Origin: Candidatus Woesebacteria bacterium
Lineage (GTDB): Bacteria > Patescibacteriota > Microgenomatia > UBA1400 > UBA12108
Assembly (NCBI GenBank): GCA_018060845.1
Contig: JAGOVG010000004.1
Span: forward strand, 12,118-76,117
DNA length: 64,000 bases
Direction of reading: 5' to 3'
Every line of letters begins with the position of its first letter. The first letter of the stretch is position 1. The notes under the pieces were generated by a model, which was given only the letters and a program-made list of their open reading frames with translations, did not search any database and was not told the DNA's origin. A program made the translations under genes and the position numbers. Positions 13,354 through 22,246 of this stretch are shown one piece after another.

Positions 13354-13402
13354 TATCTAATAATATTCAATAACATTAGCTAATATCTGATAATATTAGA
13401 CT

Positions 13403-13651
13403 ATGACTGATATATCATCGATCAAACTACAGCTCGAACTTGCCGAAAAAGCCTCACGACTTCTCCCGCGCCGCCAAGCAATTTATCAAACCATACTCGA
13501 GCAAAAAATGATCAGCGCCGATTACCTCTATCGCAATTTTGCCGGGACCCCAGCTAGCACTATCCGCTATGATCTTAAAGAGCTCCAAAACGCAGGACTT
13601 ATCAAAAAGCTCGGTGCTACCAGGGGATCTTTATATATCCCTACCAACTAA
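13403..13651 (+). CDS. small DeoR-N-type HTH protein (stand-alone winged-helix)
   Basis: 82 aa. …ADYLYRNFAGTPASTIRYDLKELQNAGLIKKLGATRGS resembles a DeoR-family N-terminal HTH. Confidence 0.45.
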   Translation: MTDISSIKLQLELAEKASRLLPRRQAIYQTILEQKMISADYLYRNFAGTPASTIRYDLKELQNAGLIKKLGATRGSLYIPTN

Positions 13652-13654
13652 TTA

Positions 13655-13963
13655 CTAGACACGCACTATCTCCACATGACTACTGCCATCATCCAACATG
13701 ACAGTCTCACCTATAAACTGCATAACTTTCTCACGTTCAAATCTAACTATTCGATCAAAGTCATCTTCTCCTTCAGTAACAGTTATGATTAGGTCATGAA
13801 AAAATCTAATTAGAGCGAATAGCTCTCCGCCAGCGGTAAAACTAACTTCACTCCCAGGCTGTGCCATTGCGATCCCATCTCTAGTTATATGCACTAGATC
13901 AGGCGTTGTGGTCGTATACACTAATTTAGTATTAAACTTGTAGTTAAATATTACTTCGTACAT
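13655..13963 (-). CDS. hypothetical protein co-transcribed downstream of the recombinase
   Basis: 102-aa ORF whose start overlaps the recombinase stop (ATGA). Confidence 0.35.
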   Translation of the reverse strand: MYEVIFNYKFNTKLVYTTTTPDLVHITRDGIAMAQPGSEVSFTAGGELFALIRFFHDLIITVTEGEDDFDRIVRFEREKVMQFIGETVMLDDGSSHVEIVRV

Positions 13964-14925
13964 TATTCCTCTTCATTCCCGCTATGATACTTCTCATGTA
14001 TCGTCCTAAGCTGTGGGTTAGTTACATGGGTATAGATCTGGGTAGTCGCAATGTTCTTGTGTCCTAGCATCTCCTGCACCTCGCGCAGTCCAGCTCCGTG
14101 TGACAGCAGGTCAGTCGCAAAGCTATGTCGCATCACGTGAGGAGTTATAGAGACTGGTAGATGGGCTAGGCGGCCATAGTGACCAATAATCCTCTGTACA
14201 CTCCGTGTGGTTAATCGCAGCTTTTCTCCTGCCTTGGGATCAGCGATATCCATCTTCTTGCCATGGTGGCTAATAAAGATCGGGTGATAGTGATCGTTTC
14301 GCTCCCTCAGATATTTCTCGATCCACCCAGCCGCTCTCGGGGATAAAAACACAACCCTGATCTTACGACCTTTACCAACGACCCCAAACTCCCTGGTCTC
14401 TAGGTTTACCGTCGTCTTATTAAGGGACACCAGCTCCGATACACGCAGTCCCGTCGAAAAGAGCACCTCCATTAGCACTCTATCTCTTAGTCCTCTAATG
14501 GTAGTAGTATCGACCTTTGCTATCATCGACTCTACATGTGTATAGTCGAGGAATTTGATCGAGTGCTCCTTACCTTTGGGTAGCTCTAACTTGTCGGGAG
14601 ACACCACCTCATAGTCCTGTCTGATCAGGTAGCGCAACAGGGACCTGATTGCGATCGCATAATAGCTCTGAGTCACAGGTGAGAGATATTGGCCTTTGTC
14701 GTCCTTGTGTTGAGCGAGGTAAGCGCGATATGTCTTTAGCAACTTAGCCGTAATATCGGCCAAGTTAGTCTGGGGATAGTATTGGTTTAGCCAGGAGGCA
14801 AACTTCCCTAGATAAAAGCGATAGTTACGAATCGTAAATGGTGATACCTGTCGCTCCACAGATAGGTACTCGAGGTACTCCAAGATTGCATCCTCTAACT
14901 TAGGGGCTTTGGCATTAGCAGTCAT
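13963..14925 (-). CDS. tyrosine site-specific recombinase, XerC/XerD family
   Basis: C-terminal catalytic region RHSFATDLL…LGHKNIATTQIYTHV with a Xer-like N-terminal core-binding domain; 320 aa. Confidence 0.85.
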   Translation of the reverse strand: MTANAKAPKLEDAILEYLEYLSVERQVSPFTIRNYRFYLGKFASWLNQYYPQTNLADITAKLLKTYRAYLAQHKDDKGQYLSPVTQSYYAIAIRSLLRYLIRQDYEVVSPDKLELPKGKEHSIKFLDYTHVESMIAKVDTTTIRGLRDRVLMEVLFSTGLRVSELVSLNKTTVNLETREFGVVGKGRKIRVVFLSPRAAGWIEKYLRERNDHYHPIFISHHGKKMDIADPKAGEKLRLTTRSVQRIIGHYGRLAHLPVSITPHVMRHSFATDLLSHGAGLREVQEMLGHKNIATTQIYTHVTNPQLRTIHEKYHSGNEEE

Positions 14926-14982
14926 AGACAGGGGAGTGATAAGAGTCTCGAATTAAACTGGGGAGCGATATATCCATCCTTT

Positions 14983-15621
14983 TTGCACATACACACTACA
15001 CGCACATATCTGTTATTAGATATATGTCCTATAAGGCGATATAGTATATATCCTATAGTTAGTAAGCGTATATTCGGAGAAGAGGGGAGATATCAGTTAC
15101 TAACCTTGTCACCATTGTGCGACATTACTCGCGCTCTGTCAACTAAGGTAAAATATGCAGTACAAATAATCATGCTTATGACTAAAGAAATCCCAGTACA
15201 TCAACAGATACAGCCACAGGAATATGTAGATGAAAGATACCACTTAAGTACTGGCGAAGTCATACATGATCCACATCAGCGTGGAATGGTTGGGTGGTTA
15301 GATCAAACCGAATCTGAGCCTGGTTCCGTCAAGACAGCCAAAATGGAGTTGGTTAAAGCCAAGTATGCACTCTACGTATATCCTAAGTTTCGTATATCAG
15401 AATTAAAGGTTGGTTCAGAACTCTTTGAACGACTCCTCCATAGATTAAAAACAAAAAACTATCAGGTCTTAACCATTAATATGGTAACCCCCGAGCTTTA
15501 TGATTTCTATTTAAACAACATGCGTGCCGCAGTAGCACTTGGTCTCGTTAGTAGCTATATTTTAACGCCAGTTAGCTACGACAACGTGTTTAGTCATCAC
15601 AAAGTCCAAATATATCTATAA
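14983..15621 (+). CDS. hypothetical protein (true start possibly near 15172)
   Basis: 212-aa ORF. A TAAAAT -10-like box near 15148 suggests a shorter product starting MLMTKE. Confidence 0.4.
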   Translation: MHIHTTRTYLLLDICPIRRYSIYPIVSKRIFGEEGRYQLLTLSPLCDITRALSTKVKYAVQIIMLMTKEIPVHQQIQPQEYVDERYHLSTGEVIHDPHQRGMVGWLDQTESEPGSVKTAKMELVKAKYALYVYPKFRISELKVGSELFERLLHRLKTKNYQVLTINMVTPELYDFYLNNMRAAVALGLVSSYILTPVSYDNVFSHHKVQIYL

Positions 15622-16225
15622 CCTCAGGGTAAAACGTAGATGCTACCAGAGGTAGAGGCCGTAGAATGGCTTTTAAACTGTCAACACCAGGTCAAATGGG
15701 TAAGCATATGTCCAAAATACGTATATTTTTACGGGTAAGCTTTGGAAAGCAGGAAAACAGGAAGTTAGCATAGGTGGGGGACGAAATAACAATCTAAAAC
15801 GGCAGCAAATCAATTAATTGGTAATTAGTGAATGATAACTGGTAATTAATCTAATAAACTCAGCCCCCTCTCGATTCTTGACTAAGTGTCATAAAAGATA
15901 TATTGTGCGACGCTCAATAGATGACTCCTCCACAGGAGATGCACATCAATAAAAGGGGTTTGAGGCTTCACCTACGATATTCACTACTATCACACAATTA
16001 ACCCTCTATTCACATTGCATCAGTCCGTTAAAGAATTTATCTGCGCTATCCACTATAAAGTCGTCCTGCTCTACTAGCGCTCTAGCACCAGATCTGATAT
16101 CTGGACCCGTAGCTTACCCTACCAGGCTATACCCCTGGGAATGTACGTAACTATATCAAACCATACAAAGTCGTTCACATATCCTACTCGCAAGGATCGG
16201 ATACTTTTTATCCACATTCGTGAAA

Positions 16226-16290
16226 ATAATTATAGGATATTGTGAAAAGACCTATAATTATTATAGGACATCCCTAAATATTATAGGACT
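16226..16290. repeat. cluster of ATTATAGGA direct/inverted repeats with TATAAT boxes inside a long non-coding region
   Basis: AATTATAGGA (16228-37), near-palindrome CCTATAATTATTATAGGA (16251-68) and ATTATAGGA (16280-88). Confidence 0.6.
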
Positions 16291-16328
16291 CTCCCCTGCC
16301 CTCTGCACATCAAGTTACGCAGTAACAT

Positions 16329-16364
16329 GAGAAATGCCTCCAGATACGTAGTAATCTGGGAGAC
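16329..16364. repeat. hairpin repeat GAGAAATGCCTCCAGA-N10-TCTGGGAGAC, copy 1
   Basis: Near-identical to 27462..27497. The stem arms are conserved and the 10-nt loop differs. Confidence 0.6.
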
Positions 16365-16416
16365 GGCACATCAATCCCGCCTTGGCGGGAATGAGAAATA
16401 CATCAAGTTCCGATTT

Positions 16417-17331
16417 CTAGTTCATCCATCTAATGACTGTCGTCACAATAACTACCAAAAAGACAATCGACGAAAAGCCAGCAAACTCTTGTACTGTCCT
16501 CGGGAACAGCCGACCCTCAGCCTCATGCTGGAATAGCCCCATGATCACGTATGTTGCCATCGACAACATCACAGATGCCAGAGGTGGGTCAATCAGCCAA
16601 AAGCTAATGGCAAGTGCCAGCTCAGCAACAACCAGTGCGCCTATTGCCGCCGACAACAAGTCGCGCGAAATGTCAGCATGCAGTGTATATGACCATATCC
16701 CCTGCAACAGGATTGGGTAAGTTACCAAGAACACCAGTCCCACTACGACTAATAGTGGTAAGTGCAGCGAATAGATTACATGGAAAAATAATGCAGAGGT
16801 AAATATTGATAGTAAAAAACCGACTGCACGGGCAGCTCTCAGGAGCTGGATCGTACGGATCGCCGCAACGGCAAATATATTAGCTGTCAGTAGTAGTCCG
16901 TACATCGAGATGGTAAACAAGAGTAGTACTACCCAGCGTGTAACCGAAGCCTGAGGCAAGAGGAAGTAAAAAACTGCTACCACTGTCGGGTATAGCGTCG
17001 GCAAGATTAGATCTAGTACCCAGGCTACACCACGTAGATCTTTGATCAGAGACCATCCAGTCAGAGTTGCAGAGACGAGTGCGAGGATAACGATAGCTAG
17101 ATATCGCGCCTCGACCGACAAGCTCTGTATTATCCAGAGACCGAGTGTCAGAACTAACGATACGATTAAGAACTTGCGCCGCTTGGTAAGTGATGCCCCT
17201 CTCGCAACCTTCGACGCACCAACGACTCGACTCCGCCTTGGTACGACGCGCGCTCTCGCATCTTCTGTCTCTTTTTTCTTAAACCAAGTTAACATATACC
17301 TCCTGTACGTCAGGGTGATCGGCCACGGCAC
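16417..17331 (-). CDS. polytopic membrane protein, hypothetical
   Basis: 304 aa with about 8 hydrophobic helices and a basic N-terminal region. Confidence 0.5.
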   Translation of the reverse strand: MPWPITLTYRRYMLTWFKKKETEDARARVVPRRSRVVGASKVARGASLTKRRKFLIVSLVLTLGLWIIQSLSVEARYLAIVILALVSATLTGWSLIKDLRGVAWVLDLILPTLYPTVVAVFYFLLPQASVTRWVVLLLFTISMYGLLLTANIFAVAAIRTIQLLRAARAVGFLLSIFTSALFFHVIYSLHLPLLVVVGLVFLVTYPILLQGIWSYTLHADISRDLLSAAIGALVVAELALAISFWLIDPPLASVMLSMATYVIMGLFQHEAEGRLFPRTVQEFAGFSSIVFLVVIVTTVIRWMN

Positions 17332-17815
17332 CTAATAATTCGCTAGCCCTATCTCGCTCGCTAATTTCTACAGGATATAGTGCGGTATATCCATCACTTT
17401 CGTGCTTAAATAAATACGCAGCACTTCCCATTTCGCCCATTCGCCACCCATGCTTTTCGAGTATCAGGCGAACTTCGTTCACCGTGCGATTACGGTTGTC
17501 TGTAATGCACTCTATCATACAAGCGAGGCCAAAAGCACCGTGTCCCTCTATCAAGAGTTCCACCATCTCTGCCTCACCGCTCTTCCCCATGCCTCGTGCA
17601 ATAGCTCGATCTATAATCTCCTTTGGCATCGAGACAGCGCGTGCTTTTTCGACCGCGAGCCTGAGTGCAAAGTTTTTATCTGTGTCCCCTATTCCCCCAC
17701 CTTTTCGAACAGCGACCACTATAGCAGCAGCTAGTTTGGTAAAGATCCCACTACGAACTTTATCGTTAGCTTCTTTTTTTCGATGAATATTGCTCCACTT
17801 GCTATGACCCGACAT
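17279..17815 (-). CDS. YebC/PmpR-family transcriptional regulator, short form
   Basis: MSGHSKWSNIHRKKEANDKVRSGIFTKL… N-terminus is diagnostic of the YebC family. 178 aa is shorter than the usual ~240. Confidence 0.75.
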   Translation of the reverse strand: MSGHSKWSNIHRKKEANDKVRSGIFTKLAAAIVVAVRKGGGIGDTDKNFALRLAVEKARAVSMPKEIIDRAIARGMGKSGEAEMVELLIEGHGAFGLACMIECITDNRNRTVNEVRLILEKHGWRMGEMGSAAYLFKHESDGYTALYPVEISERDRASELLGAVADHPDVQEVYVNLV

Positions 17816-17845
17816 ACTTGTATTTTACACTCAACTTAACTACAA

Positions 17846-18469
17846 TTGGGAAAATTCATGACAACACTAATCCAACAAGCAATCGATTGTTCTCTCAAGT
17901 GTCTCTGGGACGAGGCTATCGATCTTAACCTCGAGATTTTAAAACAAACCCCAAATGATATCGCAACTCTTAATAGGCTAGCCAAATGCTACCTCCAACT
18001 CGGTGACAAAAAGAGCGCCAAATCAACTTATCAAAAAGTCTTAGAGCAAGACAAATACAACTCCGTAGCACTCAAGAACTTAAAAACTCTCAACCTCGCA
18101 GTTGCGACATCTCCCAACGAACTAGTCCGCGAAGATTTTATCGAGAACCCCGGGCTCACTCGCACGAGCACTCTCATCAAAGTCGCCGGTCGCGAAGTCC
18201 TAGCGACCCTAAGCTGCAAGCAGATCCTCATCCTCAAACCCAAGGTGAGGTTAATCGGTGTCTCTACCACCAAGGGTACGTATGTCGGCACACTGCCCGA
18301 TGATCTCTCGCTCAAACTCAAGAAACTTCTCGACCTTGGCTATGAGTACCAGGTCTGTCTCAAATCAGCCACCGACAACATGGCGAGTATCTTTATTAGA
18401 GAGATCAAAAGACCCAACAAAAAGAACGTCCTCCCGAGCTTTAACCGCGCTCACATTAAGTTTGTTTAA
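17846..18469 (+). CDS. TPR-repeat protein
   Basis: Tetratricopeptide-like repeats (…LNRLAKCYLQLGDKKSAKSTYQKVLEQD…). Confidence 0.5.
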   Translation: MGKFMTTLIQQAIDCSLKCLWDEAIDLNLEILKQTPNDIATLNRLAKCYLQLGDKKSAKSTYQKVLEQDKYNSVALKNLKTLNLAVATSPNELVREDFIENPGLTRTSTLIKVAGREVLATLSCKQILILKPKVRLIGVSTTKGTYVGTLPDDLSLKLKKLLDLGYEYQVCLKSATDNMASIFIREIKRPNKKNVLPSFNRAHIKFV

Positions 18470-19372
18470 TTAAAAAAGCTCTAGTGCGTCTTTTCCTACC
18501 CACATCACTATCCCTGCTCTATACTCGGCCGTATCGCCAATTTCATATGGCTTAAATCTAAACACTCGCTCCATCAGGGTCAGTGTCATCAAGGCATTCT
18601 TTGGCTCTGCTACCGTCATCCGGGTCACATCACTCACCTGGGTCCCACTCCTGACAGTTATAACGTCCAACCCCATATTGTCTAAGAACTGCGCCATATC
18701 ACTCCCTAGCCCACTCTCCCCGCTCTCATTAATAATAGAGACTGTTACCCCCTCTTTGCCCACACCCCAATCAAAAAAAGATTTACCTACATAGTTAGAA
18801 AGCGCCAAAGGCGCATACTCTAATTTAGATTTTTCTCCTGTCACAATAACGCCAGCACGCACCAAGTCCTCGCGAGCAACGAGCCGCCCGCCGTAGCTAC
18901 GCAGCGACTGGATCAGTCGGTATGCATCAAAGAGTGTCAGGTTATCTTCACTATTTCTCCTCCACATCGCCCGGTAAAGTGAAGATGATAGTGAAGAGTC
19001 CACCGGTCCCTCGCCCTCCAAGTTAACTAGGTAGCCAACAATTGGTAGCTTCATAAATCCCTGCACTTTGCGACGCGCAAACTCGCCTCCTTGATTTTTA
19101 TACGAGCCGAGCTTATACAAACTCCCTATCTCGTACTCCCCGACGCTGCGAGAGGTAATGGCTAAGGTCTCAGGGTAAGTTATGATCATTACCTTTTCTT
19201 CGACCGGGTCAAAAGTAGCTACACTCACTCGGCTCCCTCCCTGATCTATATACACCAAGTTAAACCGAGCCTCAGGCGAGACAACGCTCTCTTTCATCAC
19301 TTTTGCAACCGTCCCGACTACAATCAACCCAATCATTACTATTACTAGATAAGATAGCCACTTAAGATGCAT
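18470..19372 (-). CDS. membrane-anchored LytR_C / LCP-like protein
   Basis: N-terminal TM. C-terminal GVTVSIINESGESGLGSDMAQFLDNMGLDVITV resembles a LytR C-terminal domain. Confidence 0.4.
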   Translation of the reverse strand: MHLKWLSYLVIVMIGLIVVGTVAKVMKESVVSPEARFNLVYIDQGGSRVSVATFDPVEEKVMIITYPETLAITSRSVGEYEIGSLYKLGSYKNQGGEFARRKVQGFMKLPIVGYLVNLEGEGPVDSSLSSSLYRAMWRRNSEDNLTLFDAYRLIQSLRSYGGRLVAREDLVRAGVIVTGEKSKLEYAPLALSNYVGKSFFDWGVGKEGVTVSIINESGESGLGSDMAQFLDNMGLDVITVRSGTQVSDVTRMTVAEPKNALMTLTLMERVFRFKPYEIGDTAEYRAGIVMWVGKDALELF

Positions 19373-20452
19373 CCTTTTATGCTACCATATAGAGCTATGC
19401 AACTTAGTGATTTTTACTACGATCTACCAAACGAGTTAATAGCGCAGGAACCTGCTCATCCTCGCGACCATAGCCGCCTAATGTTAATTAATCGAACGAC
19501 TGGCAAGATCTCGCACCACCACTTCTATGATTTGCCCCAGCTACTGCCATCTAACTATCATCTGGTCGCCAATAACACCAAGGTCTTCCCCGCGCGGTTA
19601 ATTGGCAATAAAATCACTGGTGGGCATGTCGAAGTACTCTTACTCAAAAAACTCCCAAACTCGCAGTTTGAGGCGATTGTCTCACCCGGCCTCAAGGTTG
19701 ATCAGACAGTCATATTTACTGATCAGCTAAGTGCGACGGTCGTCAGTGTCGAAGATCGAATCAGGCTGCTCCAGTTCTCTATTCCTGACCCGGTGCTAAC
19801 TGAGCAGATCAGTCACATCGGCTCCATGCCTACCCCACCATATATCAAAAAAATGCTAGAGAACAACGAAGACTACCAGACAGTCTATGCCAAGTATGGC
19901 CCGCCTGCCGGCGAGGCAGGCTTTTCTGCAGCCGCCCCCACTGCCGGGTTACACTTTACCCCCGAGCTATTAGAGATCGTCAAAGAAAAATACGGCTGGA
20001 GTGAGCTAACACTCGATGTCGGGCTCGGCACTTTCCTGCCAGTCAAAGTAGATGATGTAAAAACCCACCACATGCACCGGGAGGCCTACCGACTCGATGC
20101 AGCTACTGCCAATGAGCTGCAACAGCTAGACCATGTCTCTCACAAGTTATGCGTCGTCGGAACCACTACCCTCCGAGCACTAGAGAGTAATCCCACCCTA
20201 ACCCCAGGTGAGTCAGAAACAGAAATCTTCATCTACCCCCCCTACCAGTTCTGTCATGCTGATGCACTCATTACCAACTTTCACTTGCCTGGGAGCACCC
20301 TACTTATGTTAGTCTCTGCATTCTGTAGCTCACCTCAGACTAGTACTCCTTTTACCACATTCAATGACTCCCTCCTCGGCCGTGCCTACACCGAGGCTGT
20401 TGCCAAAAAATATCGGTTCTTTAGTTTTGGTGATGCAATGCTAATTATCTAA
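19367..20452 (+). CDS. queA: S-adenosylmethionine:tRNA ribosyltransferase-isomerase
   Basis: MQLSDFYYDLPNELIAQEP… is a QueA N-terminus. The real start is probably at the MQLSDF methionine, about 19397. Confidence 0.85.
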   Translation: MHPFMLPYRAMQLSDFYYDLPNELIAQEPAHPRDHSRLMLINRTTGKISHHHFYDLPQLLPSNYHLVANNTKVFPARLIGNKITGGHVEVLLLKKLPNSQFEAIVSPGLKVDQTVIFTDQLSATVVSVEDRIRLLQFSIPDPVLTEQISHIGSMPTPPYIKKMLENNEDYQTVYAKYGPPAGEAGFSAAAPTAGLHFTPELLEIVKEKYGWSELTLDVGLGTFLPVKVDDVKTHHMHREAYRLDAATANELQQLDHVSHKLCVVGTTTLRALESNPTLTPGESETEIFIYPPYQFCHADALITNFHLPGSTLLMLVSAFCSSPQTSTPFTTFNDSLLGRAYTEAVAKKYRFFSFGDAMLII

Positions 20453-20462
20453 GTAGTAATGA

Positions 20463-20858
20463 CTACTCAGTAAAACTATGTAAATTTATATCTCCTCTGA
20501 AATTGACGTGTGTCTCTACATACTTCTGTAATTCAATCAGTTTTTGAATGCGTTCGGCATCACTCGCTACTCCACCCTCCTCAGTACTCCCATATAACGG
20601 ACATCTAGTTGCTTCGCCACTTAACACTACACATTGAATATCTTTGTTATCATCTGTGGTCGCTCTCCTAGTCAACTCTTTACATACTACTCCATACGGT
20701 AAAAGTAGCCCACCACCAATAACTGCTAAAACTGAACTATACGTAATTGGCATATCTATGCTTTCTCCACATCCAACCTGTTCTGAAATAATTTTATTGA
20801 CACGCTGTGCAGATCCACCATCTAGATTGATTAGTTCAAGTTCTCTTTTGACGCCCAT
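20463..20858 (-). CDS. hypothetical Cys-containing protein
   Basis: 131-aa ORF with several Cys residues and no confident family assignment. Confidence 0.3.
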   Translation of the reverse strand: MGVKRELELINLDGGSAQRVNKIISEQVGCGESIDMPITYSSVLAVIGGGLLLPYGVVCKELTRRATTDDNKDIQCVVLSGEATRCPLYGSTEEGGVASDAERIQKLIELQKYVETHVNFRGDINLHSFTE

Positions 20859-20883
20859 ATTTACTCCATATTATTTATATAAA

Positions 20884-21630
20884 TTATCTCATAGCCGTCA
20901 AGTCTAACTCTAGCTTACTCATCCACATCACCCTCTCTTTAGTGATAGGGTGGGTCAGCTCCAGTGACTTAGCTTGCAGCATGACATGTCCACACCACTT
21001 ACGGTCCTCCCGACTCCTCTTCCGTCCTCCGTACTGCTCATCGCCTACGATCGGATGTCCCATATGTCTAGAGTGGACTCTTATCTGGTGCATCCTCCCT
21101 GTCTTAGGCTTAAACTCAACCAGGGTAAAGCCAGTGTACCCACGCTCTTCAACTCGCAGTTCCCGGGGAAAATCCCATTTTTTGTACTCGCTAATTACCC
21201 TGTACCCAGTCACACTCTCCCGCCCCGATTCAACCACTCCCATTTTTTGTCTATCATCCCGGCGACGACCAATAGGTAGCGCGATCTCGCCATGCTTAAC
21301 CTTCCAGATGCCGTGTGTGAGCGCGACATAACTCTTTTGGACCTCTCGCTCCTTAAACTGGCGCAGGAGCTCCACAAACGCAGCTGCAGTCTTAGCCATG
21401 ATCATGACACCACTAGTCTCTTTGTCTAGTCTATGCACGAGCCCACTGCGCTCTATAAAATATCTTTCGTCCTCCCCCTGTCCGCCTCCATGCGAGCTAA
21501 TAGCGAGCTTGGGGAGGAACCAGTCCTGCAGTGTCTCGACCTTCACTGTTTCTGCTCTATTGCAGATTATCCCCACTGGCTTATCTATCACTACGATGTC
21601 CTGGTCTTCGTACAAAATAGCTATATCCAT
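20884..21630 (-). CDS. RluA-family 23S rRNA/tRNA pseudouridine synthase
   Basis: Catalytic motif HRLDKETSGVMIMAKT. Likely start at MDIAILYEDQ (21630); the ORF track extends it to 21645. Confidence 0.85.
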   Translation of the reverse strand: MDIAILYEDQDIVVIDKPVGIICNRAETVKVETLQDWFLPKLAISSHGGGQGEDERYFIERSGLVHRLDKETSGVMIMAKTAAAFVELLRQFKEREVQKSYVALTHGIWKVKHGEIALPIGRRRDDRQKMGVVESGRESVTGYRVISEYKKWDFPRELRVEERGYTGFTLVEFKPKTGRMHQIRVHSRHMGHPIVGDEQYGGRKRSREDRKWCGHVMLQAKSLELTHPITKERVMWMSKLELDLTAMR

Positions 21631-21904
21631 ATAAAAATATACCAAAAAATATCAAATAATCTGCTAGGTTATTATAACCTAGTCCAAACATAGGCAGGTT
21701 ATCTACTACTCCACCGAGGTACACTCGCTGGTAAGTATTAACCAATCCCCCAGTGATCACGAGTCCTAATCCAATACGTCCATATAATTCCCGCGTTTTT
21801 ACCGCACAAAACATTAACAAACAAAGTGTCAGTATCCCTACCCAATCAGGTAAACCCTCTGCCCAGCCAAAAGCTATTCCCTTATTTAGCATTTTTCTTA
21901 GCAC
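21581..21904 (-). CDS. lspA: lipoprotein signal peptidase II, N-terminally short
   Basis: Contains the LspA NKGIAFG and YNNLADY(FNxAD-like) motifs. Only 107 aa / 3 TM. A stop codon lies immediately upstream of the GTG start. Confidence 0.6.
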   Translation of the reverse strand: MLRKMLNKGIAFGWAEGLPDWVGILTLCLLMFCAVKTRELYGRIGLGLVITGGLVNTYQRVYLGGVVDNLPMFGLGYNNLADYLIFFGIFLYGYSYFVRRPGHRSDR

Positions 21905-22241
21905 AGCTTAAGCAAAGTTCGGCTGTCGGGTCGATCCCTAGTCGATCAGTGTCGATCATCGCGCCACACGCTACACATTTGCCGTATGTTCCATCATCCA
22001 CCCTCTTCATAGCACTTCGTACTCTCAAAAGTGATCGGTCAGTCTCTTCGCTCATCGCGGCAGATTGCTCGTGCCCAAACTGCTCTGATGCCTCTCCTGC
22101 TTGGTCTGCGTTGTCATCTAGTCGTGACGGGTCAGCAAATGGGTCTTCAGTCGCGAGCTTGCTGCGACGTGACATGAGCTGAGCCTCTAGTTTTTTAAAA
22201 TACTCGTAGATTGGGGACAATAGCTGCTGAGGATACTTCAT
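21882..22241 (-). CDS. DksA/TraR-family C4 zinc-finger protein
   Basis: C-terminal CVACGAMID…CLSCAKK four-cysteine finger and an acidic coiled-coil N-terminal region. Confidence 0.7.
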   Translation of the reverse strand: MKYPQQLLSPIYEYFKKLEAQLMSRRSKLATEDPFADPSRLDDNADQAGEASEQFGHEQSAAMSEETDRSLLRVRSAMKRVDDGTYGKCVACGAMIDTDRLGIDPTAELCLSCAKKNAK

Positions 22242-22246
22242 ATGGA

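Noticed and set aside
16433-17335. Several plus-strand ORFs (16433..16720, 16614..16802, 17042..17335) and the 17450..17786 plus-strand ORFs
   Set aside because: All are antisense overlaps of the membrane protein and YebC-family genes and are rich in Ser/Ala/Arg shadow-frame composition.
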